Shown here piece by piece: positions 26,130-41,138 of a DNA stretch of 64,000 nucleotides. The translations under genes and the position numbers were made by a program. The notes under the pieces were generated by a model. It saw only the letters and a program-made list of their open reading frames with translations. It was not told the origin of the DNA and did no database searches. Positions within the stretch are counted from its first letter, which is position 1. Every line of letters begins with the position of its first letter. Source of the DNA: Octopus vulgaris (taxonomy: Eukaryota); contig OX597828.1 in NCBI GenBank assembly GCA_951406725.2, positions 48,360,001 through 48,424,000 of the forward strand, read 5' to 3'.

Positions 26130-26785
26130 GTGATGGTGATGGTGATGGTAATGGTGATGATGATGATGATGATGATAATGATGATGATGACGACGATGAT
26201 GATTATAGTTGCCTTCATGATGATGATGATGCTGATGACGGTAGCAATATTCATGGCGTTAATAGTAGTGAAGGTGGTGGTGGTGGTGGTGTTGGTAATG
26301 TAATTGCTGTTTCTTGTTTCCCCGTAGCTTCCTCGCCCCCACCCCATCTTACCACCACCACCACCGCCACCACCACCACTTCCACCACCATCACTACCAC
26401 CACCACCACCACTACAACTACCACTGTTACTTCAACCACCGCCATCAATATAACCATTTGTATAGGCACCACTACCCCCGCTCCCCGCCAGCACTATCGT
26501 CTCTATTACCTCACTCCAACACACAGCTACAGGTATAACCTCTAACACCACCACCATCACCATCACCACCAGCACTACCACCATCACCACCACCACTACT
26601 ACTGTCACCTCTGTCTCCTCAATGACCCAACTACCACTAGCGCCACCACCACATGGTGATCACCATTACAGCACCGTCTATGAGGGTACCATCTATATCC
26701 TATACGCCAGTGCTTTTCAAACATGACCTTTGGGATCCGTATAAGATTTCATTAAAATGTATGTGCAATAAATTAGTTATACTTC

Positions 26786-27120
26786 TAGGAGTGGCTGTGT
26801 GGCATTTAGCTTGCTTACCAACTACATGGTTCCGGGTTCAGTCCCACTGCGTCGCACCTTGGGCGTGTGTCTTCTACTATAGCTTCGGGCCGACCAAAAC
26901 CTTGTGAGTGAATTTGGTAGACAGAAACTGAAAGAAGCCCGACGTTGTCACCCCAACATCGCTTGACAATCGATGCTGGTGTGTTTACGTCCCCGTAACT
27001 TAGCGGTTCGGCAAAAACAAATGATAGAATAAGTACTAGGCTTACAAAGAATAAGTCCTGGGGTCGATTTGCTCGACTAAAGGTGGTACTCCAGCATGGC
27101 CACAGTCAAATGACTGAAAC
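26786..27120 (+). mobile_element. SINE family A (lacking the internal microsatellite)
   Basis: Family A head and tail match. Confidence 0.85.
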
Positions 27121-27244
27121 ACAAAACCCACAATCAGAAGTGCAGTGGTGGGTAACGTAGACCTTGGCCACCCTGTGCGGTAACCAGATTAGTCACCCCT
27201 ATTTTAAACGTAGCATACCCTCGACTATAGTAAACACACGTATA

Positions 27245-27565
27245 CTGGGTCTCCGTCGGTTACAATAGACAAGGGTTCCAGTCGATCCGATCAACGGAAC
27301 AGCCTGCTCGTGAAATTAACGTGTAAGTGGCTGAGCACCCCACAGAGACACAAACCCATAACATAGTTCTCTGGAAGATTTAGTGTGATACAGAATGTGA
27401 CGTGGCTGACCCTTTGAAATACAAGTACAATTTATTTTTGCCAGCTGAGTGGACTGGAGCAACCAGAAATAAAGTGACTGGCTCAAGGCTACAACACGCC
27501 GCTGAGAATCGAACTCACGACCTAACGATCGTAAACCGAGTGCCCTAACCACTAAGCCATGCGGT
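27245..27565 (-). mobile_element. SINE sharing the family C body, with a variant tRNA head
   Basis: CTCAGCCACTTACACGTTAATTTCACGAGCAGGCTGTTCCGTTGAT domain; A/B-box-like head near 27500-27565. Confidence 0.75.
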
Positions 27566-28185
27566 TTCGTTAAGCACGTGTATAAGTGACCACCTCGCAC
27601 ATCTCCAAACTGTGTTACTATCCAAGGGGCTCACTTGTAGATGTACTGAAGCAGTTTAGGTAAAGAATGTGGCCAAAACACTTATCACCAACTTTTCGAA
27701 CTGGACGGCTTTTACCCAGCAACGCAACAGCACAAGATCAACGCATGAAACGTGAGAAAATACCTCCATGTATCACACATTCTTCAAGCTCTCACACATT
27801 TTTAACTGCAACAGAAGCGTTTGGTCTCTTCTGAAAAGGTCCAACTTTTCAGAATCCACTTTTAGTCAGGAGAAGATGTAGGGCTCTTAACCCTTTACGG
27901 AGAATCTCTGAGACTGAAGAGAGAAAAAGAGGAAGGTATTCCTGAAACCAGAAAACCAGCACCGCAGTGCTCAAACGAAGTAAATCCCTTTCAAAATTAT
28001 ACCTTTACACTCTACCAGGATCATTGACGTGTATATGTGCATATCATGTACACATATATCTTTTTCTCGGTTAATATTGGTGGCTTCAAATTAATAAAGG
28101 CCAAATAATATCCCTTACATAAGAAAAGGTAAAACCTAAAGCGGATAATGGAACTAACAAAAGATGTGTATGTATGAATGCGTGA

Positions 28186-28230
<45 letters not shown>

Positions 28231-28324
28231 TAAATGAGAGAGTATGCATGTGCATATAAGTTAAAGGGTTTGTGTGTGCGTGAGAGGAAGAAAGAGAGAG
28301 TGCGTGTATGTATCAACAACAAGT

Positions 28325-29003
28325 GAGGCGCAATGACCCAGTGGTTAGAGCAGCGGACTCGCGGTCGTAAGAACGCGGTTTCGATTCCCAGACCGGGCAT
28401 TGTGAGTGTTTATTGAGCAAAAACACCTAATCTCCACGAAGCTCCGGCGGGGGTGAACCCCGCTGTACTCTTTCACCACAACTTTCTCTCACTTTTTCTT
28501 CCGACTTCTTCCACAAAGCAGAGGAACCATAGTGCAACCCACTATGGTGTGCTAAACTTTCAGACCCTAGTCTAGATTGCGAATCCTCTGTACCCCATGA
28601 TGGTTCAGCTCTCCACCCGTTAAAAGCCACCATTTATGGAATGAAGATAACAACGTAGCCTTCGCGCCCGTGCAACCGCCAGTCTATCGCGTGTGGTGGG
28701 TGGATCTTCAAGTTGCCACATGCATTCTTAGTAGCTTTAGAGTAGGCTCGAATTAGAGATTATTCTTTGGGGCTAATGGCATGAGTCCCGATTGGAAGAA
28801 GAAGAAGAAGAAGAAGAAGAAGAAGAAGAAGAAGAAGAAGAAGAAGAAGAAGAAGAAGAAGAAGAAGATGATGATGATGATGATGATGATGATGACGATG
28901 ACGATGACGATGATGATGAAGAAGAAGAAGAAGAAGAAGAAGAAGAAGAAGAAGAAGAAGAAGAAGAAGAAGAAGAAGAAGAAGAAGAAGAAGAAAAAGA
29001 AGA
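28325..29003 (+). mobile_element. SINE C head joined to the (GAA)n-tailed body
   Basis: 28325-28500 matches the family C 5' part; 28540-28793 matches the element at 1-152 and 40886-41138; GAA/GAT tail. Confidence 0.75.
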
Positions 29004-29327
29004 AGACAGCAACAACGCCAACGACAACAACAGGAACAGCAGTAGTAGTAGCAGCAGTAACAGCATTTACAGTGACATTAATAACGATAATAACAGAAAT
29101 TGTGACAACAGCTACAAGAGCGAGAACAATAATGGCTTCCAATTTTGGTAAAAGATTTTGGGGAGGAGCTGAAAGGTCGACTCTGCCTTTCATCCTTTCG
29201 GGGTCGATAAAATGAGTATCAGTTGAGTACTGGGGTTTGATGTAATTGACTTGAAATTGCTGGCCTTGTGCCAAAATTTGAAACCAATATTAGCGGCAGG
29301 AACGATAAAACAACAAGAATAGCGGCA

Positions 29328-29672
29328 TAGGCGCAGGAGTGGCTGTGTGGTAAGTAGCTTGCTAACCAACCACATGGTTCCGGGTTCAGTCCCACTGCGT
29401 GGCATCTTGGGCAAGTGTGTTCTGCTATAGCCCCGGGCCGACCAATGCCTTGTGAGTGGATTTGGTAGACGGAAACTGAAAGAAGCCTGTCGTATATATG
29501 TATATATATATGTGTGAGTGTTTGTGTGTCTGTGTTTGTCCCCCTAGCATTGCTTGACAACCGATGCTGGTGTGTTTACTCCCCGTCACTTAGCGGTTCG
29601 GCAAAAGAGACCGATAGAATAAGTACTGGGCTTACAAAGAATAAGTCCCGGTGTCGATTTGCTCGACTAAAG
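29328..29672 (+). mobile_element. SINE family A
   Basis: Family A match, 3' truncated. Confidence 0.88.
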
Positions 29673-30294
29673 AGTAATAAGAAAACAACTGGAAACAACA
29701 GCATCAGTTGTAACAATAATAGCAATAACAAAAACCCCTACGACCAGCAGCAGCAGCAGCAGCAGCAACAACAAGAACAACAACAGTCAGAGCCAAGTGT
29801 AGCTCTCCTGTGTTATAAGGGAGAAAAAGAAAATTAGTTCGCGATATCTAATAAGCAGTAAGCGCATGAATGGGAAGCAAGACCAGCTGTAATATGTACT
29901 GTGTGATATCCTCATTATTATTTGAGGATTCGAAGAGATTAAGGTAGGGCAAACTCACACACACACACACACACACACACACGCATACGAACACGCACAC
30001 ACGCGAGTGCGCGCGTTCATACACACTTAAGCGCGCACCACTCGCTATACTCAATAAAACTGTGCGATAGAGCAGGGGTCTTTCTTCATTAAACAGGTGG
30101 TAAAGGTAAGTTTTTTTTTCTCTTTTTTTTTGGTTAATAGAGAAGGGAGCGTGGTGGTGGTGGCGGCGGCGGTGATAGTGGTGGTGGTCTGCAAAGTGGT
30201 GGGGTGGAGGAGAGACAATGATATTGAGAGATAAGCAGGCTGACGAATGGACAAAGTAGAATGAGGCAGATACATAGATAGATGATAGATAGAT

Positions 30295-30361
<67 letters not shown>

Positions 30362-30470
30362 TAGATATATGTTTGTCTGTCTGTCTGTTTGCCTTTCGGT
30401 CTCTCCACCTCTCTCTCTCTGACTTGGCTCCGGTCAATAAGTTTGTACGGCAATGCTTTAAGCATGCATG

Positions 30471-30514
<44 letters not shown>

Positions 30515-30520
30515 CAAACG

Positions 30521-30551
<31 letters not shown>

Positions 30552-30614
30552 ACACATACATACGCACATACACACATTTATACATGTGTATACGTATGTG
30601 TATATATGTGTGTG

Positions 30615-30726
<112 letters not shown>

Positions 30727-30964
30727 TATACATATATATGTAAATATATATATAGCAATGGCCATAATATAAGGGTCAGTAAGAACAAGTGTATTGAAGT
30801 AGTTATAGAACATTAGCAACACGTTGAGACTTGATATTTTATACATATTTAGATATATCTAATATATATCTTTCGTGAAAATTTCAAGTGAATGGAATAA
30901 ATATTTCGTAAGTTATGAGGAAATAAACAAACAATCTTCCAAACTGCAGCGGCCAAAAGTTAAG

Positions 30965-31378
30965 GGTCGCTTAGAAAAACAATGAAAAATGAAACAAGAA
31001 GAAAAGAGAAACTAATGTCAAGCGCTGAAGACAGTGGGTAGGGAAAGGAGAAATAGCGGCACCCCAGGCTAAAGAAGGTCTTCACCCAAATAAGGTGTTG
31101 TTATCTGTTTGGTGGAATATGAAAGGTTCACTTCACTTTGAAATTTTAAACCCAAACCAAACTATAACAAAGGAGATCTACTGCGAGCAGCATGAGCGGC
31201 TTAAATCAGCGCTAGAAGAAGACCAACCATCTTTGGTTTCAAGACGAAAGGTGTTCTTCCATCAGGATAATGCTCGGCCATGTACAGAGAAGATGACATT
31301 CCAAAGGCTGAGCAGTTTCAATAGGAAACGATGTCCCACATACCATATTCGTCGGACATTATCTGATTATCATTTGGG
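30965..31378 (+). mobile_element. Mariner transposase relic
   Basis: HPNKVLLSVWWNMKG and FHQDNARP motifs. Confidence 0.85.
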
Positions 31379-31379
31379 G

Positions 31380-31880
31380 TGAATTTATGTATGGGGGTAG
31401 CACGAAGAATCTTTCATATCCTGACAGTTTGGTCCCGACCGGGGAGCATAGTTGTAGCTCAATGATGATTTGGAGATCCATTTCGCATTACAAAACTCTC
31501 TGGGCTCTTTAGTTGTTCTACATGGTAGAGTTACCGCCAAGGATTATCTGAGCATTTTGGTCAATCCTGCCCATCCTATTGTTCAAACATTCTTTCTCTG
31601 TGACAAGATGTAAAATGCGCCGATTCACATGGCTTATGTTACGAAGAACCCTAAAGTGGAGTAGACTATTTTGATTGGACTCCCACAATCACCAGATCTC
31701 GATATAATCGAACATTTTTGGTGTATTTTGGAGGAGCAAGGGAAAAGCCGCTCTCCCCATCCCGTCGTTGCGGAAAGAGCAAAAGCATGTTTTATATGAA
31801 AAAATAGCTTAAAACTTCCCTATTAAGGGCTCAGAACATGTATAAGTCAAATTTACAACCTATTAAGGTAGTGATTGGTG
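31380..31880 (+). mobile_element. Degenerate Tc1 transposase relic
   Basis: PQSPDLDIIEHFWCILEEQ, similar to the 19-20 kb element. Confidence 0.7.
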
Positions 31881-31952
31881 CCAAAGCCGATCCATCTGAG
31901 ATGAATAATGAAGCTTCCATTTCAGTTGTTTCGATTATTCAATCCAATCCTG

Positions 31953-32033
<81 letters not shown>

Positions 32034-32039
32034 CATATA

Positions 32040-32940
32040 TGTTTCTATATTAGCCACACAGGGCCGAACACGGAGGGGACAAAATACAATGTAGAGCTTT
32101 TCTTTTTGGAAAAAAGGGGGGAGGGTTGAATAAAATTTCGATCAAAAGGGATCGTGGAAAAAAGAATAAAATGCTGATCAATAGGGATCGTGTATCACAG
32201 AGATGTCATAAATGTAAAAGGGAAAAAGGGATTAGGTTTATCCGTGGAAAGAAAAGCCTACAGAAAGACCACGGTAACCTCGGGCAATAATGTCATGCAA
32301 AAAAAAACATTACAGTAAGTGACTCTCTTTTTTCCCTTTCTTTTTTTGGTTCATAGGATTATATTCAAGGTGGCTCCGTCATTCACAAATGCCATCCTTG
32401 CTACATTCACCCATTGAAACATTCACTAGACAAGACTTCCCTCTCTACTCTTACCTTCCTCTTCAAGTGATACTTGAAGAAGCTGATGAGATTGACCAGA
32501 GAGGAAAGTGTTTGTCTCTAGACCTTTCAGACGCGTCTACCACACGCGTTCTTTCGCCATAGCCACAAGTATGATGAAAATGACTCTTCCTTCCCGTTTG
32601 AAGAGAGGAGGCACAACAATATCGACCATAAACTCGGCTAATAAACGGACTCGTCCCACATGCGATAGCAGTCGTTCGACGTAAGCCCACAGGTCGGAAA
32701 TGGTTGAACACTGCAGGTCGGCCCGGTGTTTCTCGAACCATGCCTGTAGAGCTTATCCAGAATGGGTAACGCTTCTCGATAGCACTGCCAGGCCAGGGAT
32801 CTCTGGAAGTTGTCCATAGGTCCCGACCCGAAAGTCGTCTTGAACGGGCGGGCTAGGTATTCCTCGCCGACGCCCAGGTTCGCCCCGAGATCGTCGTCTC
32901 TCCACTCTACTAATCCCCTATAGAATGTTTTGGTTGTGAT
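32040..32940 (-). mobile_element. Diverged Tx1-type LINE 3' fragment adjoining (TG)n
   Basis: Similar to 39030-40067 (GGACAACTTCCAGAGATCCCTGGCCTGGCAGTGCTA; end GTGTGGCTAATA.AGAAACA). Confidence 0.8.
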
Positions 32941-33183
32941 GCGCTGGCCTCATGGTTTGCAGTCGCCATTTTCGAAGCGAAAAATGGCTAAAATGAATCG
33001 ACGAAAGCCTTCAAAATTTTGGAAATTTCGCCCAGGGAGGGGCAAAATCCTATATAAATATTAATGAAGTTTGGAAGTATATGTTGTTGGACAAATTTTT
33101 AACACCAAATATTTGACAATATAAACTTTTAAACACACAAAAATAACCAACTTATGTGGAGCCGGTTTGACTAGCGTCCGTGC

Positions 33184-33237
<54 letters not shown>

Positions 33238-33344
33238 GTTTTGGTATCCAGAAAACTCAAAAGGTAGGTAAGGCTATGTAAGTGCTAGACCCCCGGTTCG
33301 ATAACAGTATGAGTGAGGAGTCTAACGCAGGTCGTGTGTGAGCG

Positions 33345-33625
33345 TGTATATGTTAAATAAAATGAAGCAATAAAGCCAAGGTTGTGTGAAATTTCTAGGA
33401 TATTTATAAAGCGAAAGGTAGTCTTACAGCTGTTTCGGCTGTATGAGACAGTTAAATGGAAGGAATTATACTATTTCCTTCCATCTAACTCTCTCATATC
33501 GTCTCCGATTATGGGATATCTTTTATATCCCTGAAACAGCTGTAAGACTAACTTTCTCTTTATAAATGTCCTAGAAATTTCATACTGCCTTGGTTTTGTT
33601 GTCTCATTTTATTTAACATATACAT
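33345..33625. mobile_element. Fold-back element with hammerhead-like motifs between (TA)n tracts
   Basis: Imperfect inverted arms each containing GAAACAGCTGTAAGAC; internal hairpin at 33441-33498. Confidence 0.65.
33501..33548 (+). ncRNA. Degenerate type I hammerhead motif
   Basis: GUCU-CCGAUUA-U-GGGAUAU(CUUUU)AUAUCCC-U-GAAACAGCUGU-A-AGAC; all three stems form, but the core has two deviations from CUGANGA. Confidence 0.55.
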
Positions 33626-33648
33626 ACATACACACACACACATATATA

Positions 33649-33730
<82 letters not shown>

Positions 33731-33781
33731 TATATGTGTGTGTGTATGTGTATGTATGTTTGTATTTATATACATATATAA

Positions 33782-34003
33782 TTCTTTACTACCCACAAGG
33801 GGCTAAACACAGAGGAGACAAACAAGGACAGACATTAAGTCGATTACATCGACCCCAGTGCGTAACTGGTACTTTATTTATCGACCCCGAAAGGATGAAA
33901 GGCAAAGTCGACCTCGGCGGAATTTGAACTCAGAACGTAACGACAGACGAAATACCGCTTAGCATTTCACCCGGCGCGTTAACGGTTCTGCCAGCTCGCC
34001 GCC
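33782..34003 (-). mobile_element. SINE family B
   Basis: Family B match. Confidence 0.88.
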
Positions 34004-34017
34004 ATATATATATATAT

Positions 34018-34415
34018 AGGACAAGAACGTAAAACATCTAGACAGTTAGGTGATACAAAAAAGGGACAACAAAACATCCAGACAGAGGATACAGTCGAGT
34101 TCTAGATTATCTTTGCAATTTCGGCTGATTATACTTAGATTCCTTGGAAGAAAGCAGCGAATGTATACGAAAACATTCGCTGCTTTCTTCCAAGGAATCT
34201 AATGCTCTTAGCTTATTTTTTCTTTGGGTCTGGCCAGATTGGAGCAATCTCGAGTATAACCAGCCAAAACTGCAAAGATAATCAGAAAATTTGACTAAGG
34301 ATAGAAAACTCCGAATGATCCGTCCTTGTTTTCCTTGTATCCTCTGTCTGGATGTCTTGTTGTCCCCTTTTTTTGTATCACCTAACTGTCTGGATGTTTT
34401 GCCTTCTTGTCCCAT
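34018..34415. mobile_element. Rearranged fold-back copy of a (TA)n-associated repeat
   Basis: Nested inverted segments (TTAGATTCCTTGGAAGAAAGCAGCGAATGT and its complement); the same family occurs at ~50940-51197 and ~60170-60290. Confidence 0.65.
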
Positions 34416-34423
34416 TTTCGTAT

Positions 34424-34455
<32 letters not shown>

Positions 34456-34675
34456 GCTCAAGTCAATACACCGGTGTCTGACAATCAGCTGACTACATTT
34501 TGAGCAAACACCGGGTTTTCAGTATCCAAAGCTTTTAAAGGGAAGTTTTGCTGAGACAAGATAGCACAGCTGGTGCCGTTCTCTTCTTGTATATACATTA
34601 TACATGTTAGATATTTCGTTAATTTAATCTAATATTGTTTCAAATGCGCATACACACGCACACACACACGCACAC

Positions 34676-34728
<53 letters not shown>

Positions 34729-34759
34729 TTTGTGTGAGTATGAGTGTGTGTGTGTGTGT

Positions 34760-34799
<40 letters not shown>

Positions 34800-34976
34800 A
34801 CCCATTCATCCAATAATATATATATGCATTCATACATATGATGGATTGCATTGTGCGCATGTAATATTTTGAATAACACAGAGACGCATATGTACGTGTG
34901 TGCGTGTGTAATTCATAAATATGTACATATAATGGTGTATAAATAAACATATATGGCATGTTATATATGCATATAC

Positions 34977-35034
<58 letters not shown>

Positions 35035-35042
35035 CTGTATAC

Positions 35043-35084
<42 letters not shown>

Positions 35085-35088
<4 letters not shown>

Positions 35089-35426
35089 GAAATGAAGAAA
35101 ATGCTGACAAATAATTGAAGTAATTTAAGTAATTTAATTAGGTGAAAGTTCTTTTTACCGGTTGCGCATTTGTTATGCTTATCAAAATATAAAAGAGAGA
35201 TTAGAGTCTGTCTCTTATATGTGAAAAAAAGAGACTCCAGAGTTGTTTGGGAGTTGTTTCCCAAACAACTCTGGAGCCTCTTTTTTTCACATATAAGAGA
35301 CAGACTCTAATCTCTCTTTTATATTTTGATAAGCATAACAAATGCGCAACCGGTAAAAAGAACTTTCACCTAATTAAATTACTTAAATTACTTCAATTAT
35401 TTGTCAGCATTTTCTTCATTTCCTTT
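35085..35426. repeat. ~340-bp near-perfect palindrome between (TA)n tracts
   Basis: ~168-bp arms centred near 35256, with very few mismatches. Confidence 0.85.
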
Positions 35427-35464
35427 TTTATATATCACCACTCGTGTTCGACATCTCCTTTTTT

Positions 35465-35509
<45 letters not shown>

Positions 35510-35544
35510 CATATATACACACATACATATATACTATATATATA

Positions 35545-36292
35545 ATAGGAGTGGCTGTGTGGTAAGTAGCTTGCCTACGAACCACATGTTTCCGGGTTCA
35601 GTCTTCTACTATAGCCCCGGACCGAACAAAGCCTTGTGAATGGATTTGGTAGACGGAAGCTGAAAGAAGCCTGTCGTATATATGTATATGTATATGAGTG
35701 TGTGTGTTTGTGTGTCTGTGTTTGTCCCCCAACATCGCTTGACAACCGATGCTGGTGTGTTTACGTCTCCGTATTTTAGCGGTTCGGCAAAAGCGACCGT
35801 TAGAATAAGTACTAGGCTTACAAAGAATAAGTCCTGAGGTCGATTTGTCGATTTGTTCGACTAAGGGCGGTGCTCCAGCATGGCCGCAGTCAAATGACTG
35901 AAGCAAGTAAAAAGAAAAGAACATATATATGTATGTATATACATACTCTCTCTTTTACTTGTTTCAGTCATTTTGACTGCGGCCATACTGGAGCACCACA
36001 TTTAGTCGAGCAAATCGACCCCGGGTCTTATTCTTTGTAAGTCCGCCGAACCGCTAAGTGACGGGGACGTAAACACACCAGCATCGGTTGTCAAGCAATG
36101 CTAGGGGGACAAACACAGACACACAAACATACACACATATATATATATAGATATATACGACAGGCTTCTTTCAGTTTCCGTCTACCAAATCCACTCACAA
36201 GGCATTGGTCGGTCCGGGGCTATAGCAGAAGACACTTGCCCAAGATGCCACGCAGTGGGACTGAACCCGGAGTCATGTAGTTGGTTAGCAAC
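35545..36292. mobile_element. Two SINE A copies tail-to-tail
   Basis: Plus copy 35545-35920 and minus copy 35945-36292. Confidence 0.85.
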
Positions 36293-36319
36293 ATATATAT
36301 ATATATATATATATATATG

Positions 36320-36432
<113 letters not shown>

Positions 36433-36433
36433 A

Positions 36434-36479
<46 letters not shown>

Positions 36480-36782
36480 TATACACAAACACTTATATAT
36501 ACAATATTTATGTAGACACGCACACAAACACGTATATACATGTTGTATACGCATACACACATACGTATATAAACGTATATACACGTATCACACACACACA
36601 CGTACACTCACGCATAAAGCGTTGGCTCCCTCATCTTAAATGAATGAATAGCTTCATTCACCCCAAACAGTCCAACCATTGTTCCGAGGCGGCGTTGGTG
36701 GTAAACGGATCGCTTGCGCACCACCTGTTCATTTAGACGTTTTCCTGTTATTTCCTTACCTTCATTCAGTCATACTGCGTCA

Positions 36783-36833
<51 letters not shown>

Positions 36834-36943
36834 ACACACACACACACACACTCACTCATATTGTTTCTGTCTGTCTGTCTTTTATTTTTGTAATCCTTTC
36901 ACCTCATTTTACTAGATCTCTCTCTCTTTCTCCGTGTCTCTCT

Positions 36944-37610
<667 letters not shown>

Positions 37611-37746
37611 TAATTTATCTTTTAGGTTTTCAATCTATCTGTATGTCTATTTGTACTTCTCCCCTTTTTTTTTTTATTTTCCCAACTGCTGCGAAACCAA
37701 CCGAGGAAAGCGGTTTTTTTTTTCATTCTTCAGTCGAGCCTTCAAA

Positions 37747-37777
<31 letters not shown>

Positions 37778-38703
37778 ATAGATAAATGATAAAATATGGC
37801 AATTCACTTCGTTTCAACGAGACACTAGCTTTAAAAGCTCTCATTTGATTGGTCGATCGGCTTTCATCGCTCCGTCTAGCGCGTCAGCCATATCACTGTG
37901 GGAGGCTGGATAAATTTGAATTAAAACAGACAAACGACGAAGGAGTAGCAGCAGTAGGAGGAGGAGGAGGAGGAGGAGAAATGATTGAGAAAAAAAAAAA
38001 AGGAAGCAGGAGGAGGAGGAGATGAAACAGAGGACAGAGACAAAGAATGACAAATAAAGAAAGAGAGAAAGAGAGAATGAAATCTAGCAGAATAATTAGA
38101 GGAGAGAGAGAGAGCGAGGCCTCGTTAAATTTTCATCGCTTCGTGATTTGCCATTTGCTTCATTACTCGGGGAAGGAAAGAGGCCAGATGAATATAATGC
38201 ATAAAACAACGGCCGCAGACCATACAAAACTGTCATTTTATGTATCAAATCAATTGTCCAGTGCTTGTCTCTTTACTGATTTTTTTCGCTTTTCAAATAA
38301 TTCTTTTGTCAATTTGCTATTCTCTTCCCATTCTTAATCGATGAAATGCTGCTGCTGCTGCTGTTGTTGTTGTTGTTGTCGTCGTCGTCGTCGTAGTAGT
38401 AGTAGTAGTAGTAGTAGTAGTTGTTGTTGTTGTTGTTGTTGTTCATATAATGTCATAGTCGATTTTAGTATTTTGTTTTTTTACTCTGCTTTTTTTCTTC
38501 TTCGCTCTCTGTGTGCGCATACGTGTGTGCGGGTGTTTGTGCTTTCACTTATAGTAACGTACTCATACATGTGTGTGTGTGTGTGTGTGTGTGTTCGTGC
38601 TTGTGCGCGTGCACACACACGCACAAACACACACATGTACACACACGTATATATATGTTTGTGTGTATTTATAATTTTATGTATACATATGTGTGTATGT
38701 CTG

Positions 38704-38749
<46 letters not shown>

Positions 38750-38752
38750 AGT

Positions 38753-38815
<63 letters not shown>

Positions 38816-38825
38816 CCTCTATCTG

Positions 38826-38876
<51 letters not shown>

Positions 38877-38877
<1 letters not shown>

Positions 38878-40067
38878 CGCCGTTTGTGAGGCACGCTTTC
38901 CCGCAGCTCGTCTCCATGACCGAACTGCAGTCGTGGATCAAAAAGAGGCCGAGGAAGGGCGAATGGCACCGCGAGTGTCGCTTTGCTCTCAAGCAACTCT
39001 GCCGTCCTGGGTCGACCTTAAGTGACTTCAACACAACCAAAGCATTCTATAGGGGTTTAGTGGAGGGGAGGTACGACGACGAGCTCGGGGCGAACCTGGA
39101 CGTCGACGAGGAGTACCTGACCCGCCTGTTCAGGACGACTTTCGGGCCAGGGCCCATGGACAACTTCCAGAGATCCCTGGCCTGGCAGTGCTACCGAGAA
39201 GCGCTACCCGTTCGGGATAAGCTCTACAGACACGGCTCGAGAAACACGGGGCCGACCTGCCCGAGATGCGGTCAGAGCGACGAAACCGTTCTGCACGCAC
39301 TCGTTCAGTGTCCAACAATTTCCGACCTGTGGGCTTGTGTCGAACAACTGCTGTCACGTGTGGGACGAGTCGGTTTATCAGCTGAGTCTATCGTCAATAT
39401 TGTCACGCCTCCTTCCTTCAAACGGGAAGGAAGAGCTATTTTCATCATCCTTGTGGCTATGGCGAAAGAATGTATCTGGTGGACGCGTCTGAAAGGATTG
39501 GAGACAAACACTTTCCTCTCTGGTCAATCTCTCATCAACTTCTTCAAGTACCACTTGAAAAGGAAAGTGAGAGTAGAGAGGCAAGTTTTGTCTAGCGAAT
39601 GTTTTAAAAAAAGATGGGTGAATGTAGCAAGAATGGCACGTATGAATGACGAAGCCACCTTGAGCATAGTCCTATGAACCCAGAAATCGAAAACAGAGAG
39701 TTGCTTATTTGCAAAAAAAAAAAAAAAAAAAAAAGAAATATAAAATGTGACTTCATTGACCGAGGTTACCGTGGTCTTTTCCGTAGGCTTTTCTTTCCAC
39801 GGGTAAACCTCACCTGTCCTCCCCTTTACACTTCATATTGACATTTCTGTGATAACGATCCCTATTGATCAATTTTTTTCCTCCCCCCCTTTTTTTTAAC
39901 CCCCCCTTTTTTTGTCCTCTTTCTCTCCTTTTACGATCCCTTTTGATCGAAACTCCCCCTTCCTTTTTTTTTTTTTTTTTTTTTTTTTTTCTAACCCTTC
40001 AAAAGAAAAGCTCTACCTTGTAATTTGTTCTATCTGTGTGCAGCCCGGTGTGGCTAATAAAGAAACA
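38877..40067 (+). mobile_element. 5'-truncated Tx1/L1-clade LINE: ORF2 C-terminus (zf-RVT-type CCHC) plus 3' UTR
   Basis: Open frame to the stop at 39677 with [16 protein letters not shown]...[18 protein letters not shown]; AATAAA near the end; (TATC)n on both sides. Confidence 0.92.
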
Positions 40068-40128
<61 letters not shown>

Positions 40129-40139
40129 GTCTGTCTATC

Positions 40140-40198
<59 letters not shown>

Positions 40199-40199
40199 G

Positions 40200-40246
<47 letters not shown>

Positions 40247-40293
40247 GTCTGTCTATCTCTATCTATCTATCTATCTGTCTATCTATCTATCTG

Positions 40294-40399
<106 letters not shown>

Positions 40400-40622
40400 G
40401 CTATGGGGGCTCGTACAGGTTCGGACAACACCCACTCTGCGTATCTCAGGTGGAATCTTTCAACATTTATTTTAATTTTGAAAGGTCAGACGATGGCGGA
40501 CACGTCTTGGGAAAAACATCTAGAAAACGTTGTCGCAGATAATACGTTACGGACATTTTGAAGTTCTTGTTTTATGATCATCGTGATCATCATCGTAATC
40601 GTCGTCATCACTACTGTTGCTG

Positions 40623-41138
40623 TCTTCTTCTTCTTCTTCTTCTTCTTCTTCTTCTTCTTCTTCTTCTTCTTCTTCTTCTTCTTCTTCTTCTTCTTCTTCT
40701 TCTTCTTCTTCTTCTTCTTCTTCTTCTTCTTCTTCTTCTTCTTCTTCTTCTTCTTCTTCATTCTTCTTCTTCTTCTTCTTCTTCTTCTTCTTCTTCTTCA
40801 TTCTTCTTCTTCTTCTTCCTCTTCATTCTTCTTCTTCTTCTTCTTCTTCTTCTTCTTCTTCTTCTTCTTCTTCTTCTTCTTCTTCCGATCAGGACTCACG
40901 CCATTAGCCACAAAGGATAATCTCTAATTCGAGCCTACTCTAAGCTACTAAGAATGCCTGTGACATCTTGAAGATCCACCCACCACACGCGATAGACTGG
41001 CAGTTGCACGGGTGCGAAAGCTACGTTGTTATCCTCATTCCGTAAACGATGGCTTTTAACGGGTGGAGAGCTGAACCATCCTGGGGTACAGAGGATTCGC
41101 AATCTAGACTAGGGTCTGAAAGTTTACCACGCCATAGT
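40623..41138 (-). mobile_element. (GAA)n-tailed retroposon 3' part
   Basis: Reverse complement of 28540-28793 plus a ~260-bp (TTC)n tail. Confidence 0.8.

Noticed and set aside
38511-38876. N-terminal part of the 388-aa ORF
   Set aside because: Microsatellite read-through into the LINE fragment; real coding similarity starts at ~38877
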